Shown piece by piece: positions 53,930 to 64,000 of a DNA stretch of 64,000 nt. Source of the DNA: Lingula anatina (taxonomy: Eukaryota; Animalia; Brachiopoda); contig CM120642.1 in assembly GCA_051362555.1 (NCBI GenBank), positions 16,244,001 to 16,308,000 of the forward strand. The letters are read 5' to 3'. Both the position numbers and the translations under genes were made by a program. Position 1 is the first letter of the stretch; every line of letters starts with the position of its first letter. The notes beneath the pieces were generated by a model. It made no database searches. It was given only the letters and a program-made list of their open reading frames with translations, and was not told the DNA's origin.

Positions 53930-56780
53930 CACTGGTGTCAACCGGAAAGGTCATTCCTTTTAAGTGTGTACCAATATCTCAGTTCTGTTGTATCTGATTA
54001 AGATCCTTTGAACATACATTATATTTGCTGCATAATTGATAAAAAGAGTTATGTCGGCATAATCGCCTCGTTTGGGTATTTTTAAAAAGGCGCGTGATTT
54101 CAACAGACTCAAGTTAAGCGATAAATAATTGTGCCATAAAGCAATTTATTTACGAAGTATCATTATTCTCCTTTGTTTGCTTTATTATGTGAGTTTCAAA
54201 TAATACGTGAATTGCCGTAAGAATTTTCATTTCCTTCATTTTGATTAATTTACATAATATCTTGCACCTTATCAGATATATGAATACTCATTTCGTTTTT
54301 TTTTCTCTTTTTATGTACAAACACAGATTTGTCTGTACATATAGACGTTACCTGCGTCTGTCGTCGTCTTTGTCATGGTCGTCGGCGGGCGATTTCAGTG
54401 ATAACAAGATAAGTGGAAAACTGTTTTATCTTCTGTCTTCAAATTTACATCACTGATGAATATTAATAAAATGCAGATCGAGTTCTAAAATCAGCTTGGT
54501 CGGACCTTTTTCCAAAAGTTTTGCTGTTTTTCACCCTTTTTCAACATAAATGCCATAACACATTTTAAAAACTCAGTTGACTCATTGGCTTCAATCCTAA
54601 AGTAGTGACCAATATTACTGAAATACAGGTCGAATTAAAAAAGTATGATCGGATTATTTTTCTGAAAAAATGCAGTTTTTCATGCCAAACATGAAATGTT
54701 CATTTTTGCATATAGTGGAATTTTCAAAGTGATTTTTTAACTTACATGGGGAGGCTTCTGCTAGTTACATTTTGTGAATATCCATGATTCTTATAAAACA
54801 TGGGGGTGATTATGCTATTAAGAATTATGTAATATTGCATCAAAATGGAAGAAAACCCTATTTTGGGCACTGCCGCCATAATGACCATTAGAAGAAAGCC
54901 ATGTTGCATATGATTCTCAAATTTACTGAAAAGATTAATTGGCCTACAATTGTCGTCTTTGGTGATTTTGCAGTTAATCATTATGTAAAATTGCATCAAA
55001 ATTGACAAAAAAATATTTTGTGCCCTTAAATTTATGGCCTTGAATTTGTGCATTTTTTCAAATTTCATTTTCTCATTCTCGCATTTTCAATGTGTGAATT
55101 TGAACTCTCATGGGCCTGATCCCTGATCCCTGCTAGTTACATATTTTAGCATCCATGTTATCTTTTGTGCATAATCAAAATTTACTGTTGACGTAACTTG
55201 TTGTTAAGTATAATGTGTTACTGTATTCATATTGACAAAATTAGCTATTTAGTGCATCATTTATTTCTGATTTTTGTCTGTACATTTGAAAGCATTGCTA
55301 TCTTGTTTTAGATTATGTTGTAAAGCAAATTACTTACACTTTCACTAATCACAGATAATAATTAAAGCGGAATCAAATGAGTAAAAGGGACAAAGAGTTA
55401 TTGAGTGTAAGTTAAGTTTCTCCAAGAGTCAACAAGTGTAGAACATGTTTTTAATGTCAGAAAAAGATGGAAAAGGTCAAAGTCAGTAACAGTTAATGTA
55501 ATTGGTTAATTTAATAACATATTTTAATTTTGATCATCTATTTATCACATGATAACTGAGTTTTGGATAAGGTCCAAATATGAGTAATCCAAATAATATT
55601 TTAGATATCTTTAATTGAAAACAAGTCCCTTAAGGATTACCTAATAAGGAAATGTTGCATAGTGACTTGCAACATGAGAATGGAAAATATTTTGTAATCA
55701 CGCAAAGACAAAGAAAAGAAAACAAGTAAATGCATGGTCAGTACGGAGAAATTGAGTATAAATATTTGTGAAGTTGTATGAAAGAAGAGTCGGTGAATAA
55801 ACGTTCGGAAGCTTCAAACTGCTGTCGTCATTCCTCACTATAACAATTATAAGCCTTGACCACTTGTTTAAGCCCTACATACTAAGTACTTGCTGTCGTT
55901 TTATCAATTTTGGAGGTTGCCAAAAAGTTGTAAGTGTGGTCGAGGTTGAACGTGTAACCATGAAGAAAATGACCATGTTTAGTCAACGTGAATAAACCAT
56001 GAGTTCCCACTTAGTTTTGTAACTTCTACCGTGAGATACCAAAACTCACTTTCGAAACTTCTTAATAAAGTATCAACAGTGTGGTGCCGTGTCATCCTGC
56101 AAAAGTAATTGATCTTGCCGCAAGATATAACACACGCTCTCAGCTTTGCATATTGTGGGTTGAAAAAATAATAAAGTGCTGTTTCGCAAGAGACACCTGC
56201 CTCTTAATTCGGCAATACGGTATAAAAGTAGTTGGCGCCTCTTTCTTTGCACAGATATTCTTGCTCAGTTACACATACATGGCTCAGCGCTCAAGACGTC
56301 TGTTCAAAGCGTAGCTCAAGTATTTAAGGCGCCTGTTTGCTTCTACGGAGGCCTGCTTACGAAACTTGGTATGTACGCGTATATCAACATAACATGAATA
56401 TAATGACCATTTAAAGGCCGATCGAATATAGAATGATCTGAAAATCATCTTCCAAAGCGAAACGCATATTTGATGCCATGCAAAAATGTTATTTACAATG
56501 TTTACCTAAGTGCAAACAATCTTAGGTATTTTTATGAGCGTAATGCCAGTTATTTCAACCTTTATGATAAAGTTTCGTGGGCTGAATGTGTCATTTCGTT
56601 TTTGAAAGGAAAGGGATCCCCTATATCGATCGGTGAATAATTTTAGAATTTTTGATATGTTCAACATCAAATCGGTATGTTAAAGAAAGTTTAAATCCAT
56701 CAGCTTCGCCTGCAACGGTAGGCGTAGTGCGAATTGTTTTGTATCCTCATCTTACAATGAAAGGAAACGGCTATTCTTTC

Positions 56781-56924
56781 AATGTGACAGGAATGGAAGT
56801 TCGCTAGGAACCCTAGTCCGTTCAACATTACCACAAACAAGTGACATTCGTCCTAATATGTACTAACCCGATACTACAACTAGCCCTAACCTTCCAATCC
56901 AAGGACTACCATTCCTGTCAAACC
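56781..56924. mobile_element. MITE-like element of the same family as 4064-4210
   Basis: tgtgacaggaatggaagt ... actaccattcctgtcaaacc, with internal ctaaccc / ccctaacc. Confidence 0.55.
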
Positions 56925-58139
56925 TGTTAACTACTTAAATGGGGCCTACTTTTGTGCCTATATTTCACGAAGTTTTTAAACTCCAAGGCGTAGAATATTT
57001 AATTCTTGTAATGCTGATGGATCACATAACATGCTTCATTTTTAAACAGTATGCTTTTGTTAACACTTTTAAACGAATGTTTGCCTCATTTGTCTTTGTA
57101 AAAACCGTGGAAGTGTAACTGGGATGGAAACGAAACGGTTGGGGATGATTTTCTGCAATATCATTGGTCTTATCAACAGAGAGCTGATAACAGTGCTAAG
57201 GCCATGTGATTTAACAGAGATAACCAATTGCCAATCACAGAATATCTGTTCATTACACATGGAACAGGTATACATAGAACTTTTATAAGGTTGTGGGAAA
57301 TTTAATTTTTTTAAAATTATGAATGTGACACGCTTTATCGACTTAGGAACTGGTCATAGAGTAGGGGGGAGGGGTGCGTAACTATTTTTTGCCTGCAAGA
57401 AGGGGTGTCCAAAATAGATTGAGTCATGCAGTTGGGGTGGGCTAAGCTCTATTTTTGGAACCAACCGGGTACAATTTTCGAGAACCACTACTATAATACA
57501 CTTGAAGTACTACAGCCTGATAGAGTTTTGACAACAACATCTGGTTCGTCTTTCTTACAAGCTTTTTTTAAGAACAAACAATAGTTTCTTGTAATTAAAG
57601 AACTGTTATAAAATCATATCATTTAGGAAACCTGCCACAGAAAGTAAAGTTTCAATGTTAGTAAGTAGTCTTTTCCTGCTCGTGTTTAAGTGAACACATT
57701 TGCGCAATACTTCATTTGTGATAAAGCTTTGTGAAAGTAACAACTCACTTCATTTTGAAATTGCCTCCTTATTAAGGAGAGTACTCTTATGCAATTCATT
57801 TCCTGGAGCTGGGCTTGCGTTTCTAGGATTTTGCGTTTCTTGAATTTTTATCTATTTTCTCTCTGTCTTTTTTTACGTGAAAAAAAAAACATCCAGTATA
57901 TATCTCTGCACGTTTTTTTTTTTTTTTTTTTTTTTTTTTTTGTAGTTGAATTTTCGTGTTACGATAGAGACCACAATTATAGAGATTTTCGCTGGAAACT
58001 TTTTTTGTAGATTACTGATGGATGTAGAATGAACCCTAATGATTTTCATAAGGATCAATTAACGATTGGCAAGTGCGTAAGTGTTGTTAGTAATCCAGTG
58101 GAATAAGAATGAGAAATATGAATAACTCTGATACTGAAA

Positions 58140-58325
58140 CTTCCATTTCGCATTTTGCCATTGTATAGTGTAGTGATACAGTTATTGCTAATTTGGAGTT
58201 GCTTCTTGATATGAGCTTTCAGGATATAATAGTTAAAATACTCTTTTTGAATGGATTCTAATTGATCACTAAGATTGGTGGTAAGGCCAGGGTGCAAAGC
58301 TTGACATGCATACTCCATGATACTC
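58140..58325 (-). mobile_element. Decayed LINE (CR1/L2-type) ORF2 C-terminal fragment
   Basis: Translation EYACQALHPGLTTNLSDQLESIQK resembles the post-RT EYAxxxWHPxLxxxxxxxLExIQKR motif; the frame degrades afterwards. Confidence 0.7.
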
Positions 58326-58463
58326 CCGGGTTGATCTAAGAGCGCATTGAGGGCATTGAGAACTAAAGCGTATTCAGATTATGCGCATTATGATTTTATC
58401 TTATTACTTCTGCAGTAATTTGTTATGATTAGTTTGTCAAAATTTGTAAGATTTGGTGGTAAA

Positions 58464-59245
58464 TAGGGGAGACCGGGGCTAGTTGGACCCCGGGGAAAGT
58501 TGGCCTCTCGTCATTTTATGAAAAAGTAAATACGAGGTAAAAAAAAATTTGATCACATCATTTTGCAAAGTGATCCTATCCAATAATGCCAAGAAAACGT
58601 TGGTTGAAAAAAGTTTTACTTAAGCGGCTAGTCCAATTGAAAGATATCTGCATCTAAAAGCAACTTAATAAAGAAATTAAAAAAAAATTTCATTTTCATT
58701 GACTTTTCGTCAAATATGTATGGGGCAGCAAACTAAAGCTAATGTTTTATCGCAGTTCATTCTAGCACCAAAAATGACTGCACTCCTTTAAAATTAAAAA
58801 AAAAATGTGGACGCGGTGCTAGTTGGCCCCCTTGACTCGGGGCAAGTTGATCACTCATATAGACCACTATCCTTTGCTGGTAACAGAGCTATTGACCATT
58901 GTTAAAACAAAGTCAATGGTTTGTTAAATTAATACCAATTTAAGATTGAATTTGTTAGTTTTAAAACTAATATTTATCATTCGCTATCATTTATTAAAAA
59001 CCTGCTTTATGCCATTATTAGTCTCTTCTTAAACAAAAAAAAGTTTGATTAATAGATATTTGGGTTCTTGCAACACATACAACGAAACGTTTAGAAACCT
59101 CATTTGATCTACTTATTCAGCAAAGACTCTTTAAATTCAATTAAATAAAATAAATATGTGTAAAGATGTATTTCTGGCGTTAACATTGCATTTAAGTATA
59201 TAGTGCCAACTTGCCCCGACCTTGGGGCCAAGTTGGCCCGCCACA
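58464..59245. mobile_element. Non-autonomous DNA transposon remnant (Tc1/pogo-like termini)
   Basis: ggggagaccggggctagttgg terminus after TA, and repeated cgggg(c/a)aagttg motifs at about 58490 and 58838, inverted at about 59205-59240. Confidence 0.45.
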
Positions 59246-59589
59246 TATGTCTACATTAATACGGCCGAAGTGCCATTTCTCTCATATGACCTTGACGTCA
59301 GGTCGTGAAAGATCGGCTTGTCGGTTGAAAAACAATCATATACGGAGTCTTTTCGGCCACTGTGCAGTTGACGTACTTTGTCCGTGCGGCTTTATTGCTG
59401 TTTGATACGTTGTCAGTGCAGCCCCCGTGCGTATTGACCACTTACGTCGAAATATCAAGGAGACGATAATCTTCCAACTCAAAAAAATGTAAGGCATTTT
59501 ACTGTTATTACGGCTTCCTAAAACCATCAAAGGCGAAATTGGAAATAGAGGTAAAATAACAGCATGAGGAATAACATAAGGATTAGCGT

Positions 59590-60629
59590 GAAAATACGGT
59601 GCAGATGGACCACTAGAACCCCTTACCCGTTCGCATCTGCCGTGCGATGTCCGCACGCTGCTCGTAAACTGCCCTTAAATCCCTTTTCGTGCGGAGTCTG
59701 TTCGGCGGAAGACGGCGAGCATGCGAAATCGTACGAAATAGTACGGATTCACGATCTTCGTATCCTCTACGATTTTGTAAAGCTGAAACTTTTGACAAAC
59801 TCCTTTAAATCGTAAGCCCGCAGGCCGCAACAATATCGCTGATGGCATTGCGCAGTTCCGCATGGGCATTGTTCGGTGGGCTTGCTTCGATCGTGACAAT
59901 GGTTGAACCTGTTGTTGGTCTCTTTCCCTTCCTTATTTGATGGTTTAGGTTGGCATGAGAAGAGTTAAAACTTTAAATGCCATTGTAATCATGGAGTTGT
60001 ACAACTCCTTGGCTTAATTCATTTGCATAAATGTGAAATTGTAGTTTTTCGAAATCTGAACACAAGGTTGAAAAAAAAAAAAAAAAATAGTACGCCCGTG
60101 GCAAATGTAATCAAGGCTTATCAATTTTGACAGCTCTGTATCGTTGGGTCACCTTGTGTTGTTGCGCGATAACGGAAGTCCACCGTGCAATGCCGGCCTG
60201 TGCAATTCTCATGCGGGGATTGCACAATGCCATCTCGATATTGTTACGGTCCAGGGGCGGATCCAGAGATATTTTCTGACAGTCTTCCAAATTCTCTTTG
60301 TTGATCCATCCTACATTTTTGACCGTCTTCCGACAGACAAAATTAGATACCCGACAATGTAAACTTCAAAATCTGAGCGTCTTCCGGAAGACCCAGAAGA
60401 CGGCCTCAATCCGCCCCTGCGGTCTACGGGCTTACGATTTTTAAAAAAATTGTCAAAAGTTACAGCTTCACAAAATCGAAGAGACCGCGGAGATCTAATT
60501 ATATCTGTACGATTCCGTGCGATTTCGCACGGCCATAATCTACCTCCGCTCAGATGCCGTACGAAAAGGGTATTACGGTCAGTATACATCCACCGTACGG
60601 GCATCGCATTTCCAATGTAACCTAGGCTT
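59590..60629. mobile_element. Fold-back element with diverged inverted arms (about 59670-59870 and 60200-60600)
   Basis: gattttgtaaagctgaaacttttgacaa...aaatcgtaagcccg (59771-59820) is the imperfect reverse complement of about 60428-60478, and pairing continues across the nested insertion. Confidence 0.65.
60252..60419. mobile_element. CAG...CTG MITE with 5-bp TSD (CGGTC), nested in the right arm of the fold-back
   Basis: 11-bp TIR caggggcggat / atccgcccctg; CGGTC at 60247-60251 and 60420-60424. Removing it restores colinearity with the left arm. Confidence 0.8.
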
Positions 60630-61173
60630 TACGTGCACAGGGTTTTGAGTTTACGCGGTTCTTTCTACGACAAAAATATCTAAGCGCTTTCTTTTTTTAT
60701 ATTAAACTCAAAAATATCAAGTGTGCAGTTGGCTATGATGTTTAATTTTTACGTCGTAGTTTTGACAAACGAACCAGATTTTTATCGGGATTTTTAAAAT
60801 AGGACATTAGTCACGTTGTTTCGGCTCACATTTTTGTCAACTTTTATTAGCACGTTTTCAATATTATAAATTGAACCATGATAAAGGGTCTGCAACAACG
60901 CCCTCAGCACTACTTTATAATTCAGATTCATGCACATGGTGATGCAGCTTGACAAAGTTGTACACAAATATAGCATAATGTAGCCTTTACAGCATAGTTC
61001 CATTTAGCGACATACTGTTACAGATATGGTACACGAATGCATAAAGGAACTTCTGTGTAATTGCTGATCTTGGTTTCAACTACTTTTCCATCGTGGCACT
61101 TTTTCAGTTCAGTTCAACATCAGGGAAGTTGAGACCCTCCCTTTTAAAAAAAAACGCAATTGTCCACAGCGAT

Positions 61174-61787
61174 CACCCTGAGCTTCAGAGCTAACTTGAC
61201 ACTAACCTTTTCACTGTAGCCTATCTCCATCGTGTCAAGTAACCTCTGACGAAAATAGTTTGACCTATTTTATATAAGCCAATCGAATCCATGTTTCAAA
61301 AATTTTCACCAAAGTTTGGTGAAAACGCTGATTGGTTGATCGTCAATCGGCAATCCTCGGCTGATTCCGCAAGCTCCATACTAACAACATAGTTATTGTC
61401 GAGTGCGGAGACATCCGAGTAGTTCCGAGTGGTTCCGAGTGCATAACCGTACACAAAGAAAGCATGGAGTATATCGGAATTGAAACCAGAGCAGTATGAT
61501 GCCCTGCATCATTATCTACTGAGGGATGATGTATTTTGCGTGCTGCCCACAGGTTACGGCAAGTCCCTGATATTCAGCCTTATCTTTGATTGATCCGGAT
61601 TTGAACAAAGCGCGATTTGACTCGTTCGCGTTCATTGGCTAGATCGTTCAATGAGTCATTGAGTGCGGGCTTTAAATTTGATTGGCGGGCGGCGGGGGCA
61701 CTCGAATCTGGTCAGAGGTTACTTGACACGATGGAGATAGGCTACAGTGAAAAGGTTAGTGTCAAGTTAGCTCTGAAGCTCAGGGTG
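61174..61787. mobile_element. Young non-autonomous DNA transposon, AcademH-like, with a RecQ helicase remnant
   Basis: Perfect 77-bp TIRs (61174-61250 / 61711-61787) and 8-bp TSD ACAGCGAT (61166-61173, 61788-61795). The internal frame 61474-61575 reads SELKPEQYDALHHYLLRDDVFCVLPTGYGKSLIF (RecQ motif 0 plus Walker A). Confidence 0.85.
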
Positions 61788-62035
61788 ACAGCGATTTTCT
61801 CGGAAGTTAAAGGGACTGCTCTGTGGATTTCCACAGGTGACCCCCCCCCTCCCCCCCCCCCCCCCCCCCCCCCCCCGCTACAAAAGACACCCTGCATTTC
61901 ATTTCCATTCCATTTATACTACCACGTGTACAACAAACGAGTGATCACGATCATTTTCTCTGTATGTTAAGATATATGCTTACCACAATTTTGATCAGGA
62001 AATAGCTGAAATTATCAATTTTTTTTTCAGAAAGA

Positions 62036-64000
62036 ATGGATATAGCAGCTCATAAGCTAAGGAAGGTGGAGCTATGTGCAACCCTTACCTTATTTTTACT
62101 CGGAGTTATTTCAGACCACGTGGTAATTGTTGATGGAACTGGTGTCGCAGGCAGTTTTGGGGGAATCGATGTCGTGAACCAGTCAGAAGGGGCCATTCTT
62201 CAGAAAGATAATAGCAATAGCGACACTCACGGCGCTTTTACGACATTGGTCTTTGACTGCATCCAGAAGCAGATGTTGGCACGTGGAGGAAGCACAGGGA
62301 ATAGCCTGAAGACTTTAGCAGCCTGCTCGACAGAATACTGTAATGTTGGTCACGGAGACTCTGGCTGTGGGTCAGTGAAGTATTTCACGTCACCATGTGG
62401 ACAACTGTCCAGTCTAAATACGGGTTTTCGCTGGAGGTACATGCCGAACCAACATTGTACCTGGGTAATCGAGGTTTCTCGAGGTTATATCGTGAATCTC
62501 ACGTTTGAATATTTCAACCTAGTATTTTCTGAAAATTGCCGATACGACTCAGTGGAAGTCTATGACGGGAGGTCATCGGAGGGCACATTAATTGGGAAAT
62601 TTTGTGGTAGCGTCTTTCCTTGGAGTTCTTACTCATCCACTAATTTTATGACAGTGGTTTTTAAAACTGACGAGGTAAATGAAGGCTTCCTTGGATTTCG
62701 AGCATTTTATGAAGCTTTGCCTGCTTATATTTGGAAGCCTATTAAATTTACACCCAACGCCATTTATGTCGACAAAACAGGAAGGTTGGACCTTTCGTTG
62801 GACACTGTTACAGCTGAGTCTCAGTCTCATTATCATCACCAATTTCATGTTAGAACAGATATTGGGAAGCTGTTCACAATGACCTGGGTATTCCGTGCAT
62901 CCGACGGCAAGTCTAATAGCATTGTACATATTCATGACGGGCCCTCCACCTGGGCTAAGCGTTTGGCTGTTCTCCAATCCTCTACTGTTGATTTGTCAGG
63001 GAATATCACCGCTGGAACGTATCAGTTCTTTATAGTAATCAAGCAAAGTAAACTGGAGGCGGACCTCAAGTTTTCGGCAACTTTTTCCTCAGATTGGCTT
63101 CAGCCGTGCGGAATGTTAATTTCAGAAACTGTTCCCTGTATACCACAAGATGGGGTACTGGTTGGACTTGAAGGTGGGGAAATACTAACTGAAGAGAGAA
63201 GCGACTCTTTCTACAAGGTATATGTCTGGCATCCCGTAAATGGCAAGGCATTCTTGCACGGCTTGGGCATAATTCTAGATTATGATAAACTTAACGGTTT
63301 GCATGATGGTATGCCGGTCCTTGACATGCCGCAGGCGGGAGATTGCCAATACGGTGGGCTTATTCTCTTTGTTAACGGATGGGGAATAAATGCCACTTCT
63401 TCAGTTGGGCCATTTTGTGCGCCTCCGGTGGAATTGAATGTACCAATCCGTTCGCTTTACGTAATGTTATTTACTGTTGGAGGTCTTTTCGAAAGAATGC
63501 CACAAGGCATGGTTTCTTACAATGTAAAAATACATACCTATATCGGAATCAACCCTATGTGCGACGTGGTCTTCCATCCTCAGTATGAGGTAGACGATTC
63601 AGAATTTGATTATTCCCTATCAGTGAGTAACCTAACAGACAGAGTTTTCTCCCGGAATGAAACTGGTGGAAAGAAAGCGAAAGTGGACATATTCCTTCCC
63701 CAAAAATTAACATTAAAACATACATTTTATCAACAGTTTACATTTGCGTATGATCTCCTCACACAACCGCCATCACAGGTAACGGACGAATTTGACATAA
63801 CTATTTCGTCGGATGCAGACACACAGTACCCATTCACCGTGGTCGTTCGTTTTCGATGGGGGGTCTCAAAAGTGAAAGTCAGGTTAACTGCTTCTCGCCC
63901 CTCAAAAGATATTGATGTTCAAATCGTTCCCGTGTCTAGCTACGCTGATTACTTTGAGACAGGCTTGTTTACTCCTACGAACGGTTCCAACCAAACTTTG
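62036..64000 (+). CDS. Large extracellular CUB-domain protein, N-terminal part (open at window end)
   Basis: Acceptor tttttttttcag ends at 62030, ATG at 62036, then 655 codons without a stop (missing from the ORF track). Leader VELCATLTLFLLGVISDHVVIVDG. Canonical CUB at 62366-62713 (CG...YMPNQHCTWVIEVSRGYIVNLTFEYFNL...CRYDSVEVYDG...LIGKFCG...STNFMTVVFKTD...GFRAFY), followed by degenerate CUB-like motifs IHDGPS, CQYGGL and VGPFC. Confidence 0.88.
   Translation, partial: MDIAAHKLRKVELCATLTLFLLGVISDHVVIVDGTGVAGSFGGIDVVNQSEGAILQKDNSNSDTHGAFTTLVFDCIQKQMLARGGSTGNSLKTLAACSTEYCNVGHGDSGCGSVKYFTSPCGQLSSLNTGFRWRYMPNQHCTWVIEVSRGYIVNLTFEYFNLVFSENCRYDSVEVYDGRSSEGTLIGKFCGSVFPWSSYSSTNFMTVVFKTDEVNEGFLGFRAFYEALPAYIWKPIKFTPNAIYVDKTGRLDLSLDTVTAESQSHYHHQFHVRTDIGKLFTMTWVFRASDGKSNSIVHIHDGPSTWAKRLAVLQSSTVDLSGNITAGTYQFFIVIKQSKLEADLKFSATFSSDWLQPCGMLISETVPCIPQDGVLVGLEGGEILTEERSDSFYKVYVWHPVNGKAFLHGLGIILDYDKLNGLHDGMPVLDMPQAGDCQYGGLILFVNGWGINATSSVGPFCAPPVELNVPIRSLYVMLFTVGGLFERMPQGMVSYNVKIHTYIGINPMCDVVFHPQYEVDDSEFDYSLSVSNLTDRVFSRNETGGKKAKVDIFLPQKLTLKHTFYQQFTFAYDLLTQPPSQVTDEFDITISSDADTQYPFTVVVRFRWGVSKVKVRLTASRPSKDIDVQIVPVSSYADYFETGLFTPTNGSNQTL

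Noticed and set aside
62633-63588. Short ORFs listed in the track near the window end
   Set aside because: Off-frame or antisense overlaps of the long CUB ORF starting at 62036.

Overview
Eukaryotic genomic DNA, AT-rich and intron-rich, from an invertebrate metazoan (a lophotrochozoan is my inference). The ORF track is mostly noise, so genes were rebuilt by hand from GT-AG exons. (1) A 14-exon minus-strand CCDC151/ODAD3-like gene (47-10540, about 541 aa) carries an antisense intronic tRNA-His and a repeat-filled intron 2. (2) A divergently oriented RalGPS gene has 17 coding exons (30647-43482, about 577 aa), with a probable TSS near 11.5 kb and poly(A) signal near 45.15 kb. (3) A tandem pair of signal-peptide-bearing, intronless-CDS proteins with 17 and 18 Cys (48563-49231 and 50875-51513) belongs to no family I recognise and is the best novelty candidate. 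(4) A >655-codon uninterrupted exon encodes a signal peptide plus CUB and CUB-like extracellular protein and runs off the window (62036-64000). Non-autonomous DNA transposons are common. They include a very young 614-bp element with perfect 77-bp TIRs, an 8-bp TSD and a RecQ helicase remnant (AcademH-like), and three CAG...CTG MITEs with 5-bp TSDs. No CRISPR, rRNA or prokaryotic features were seen.
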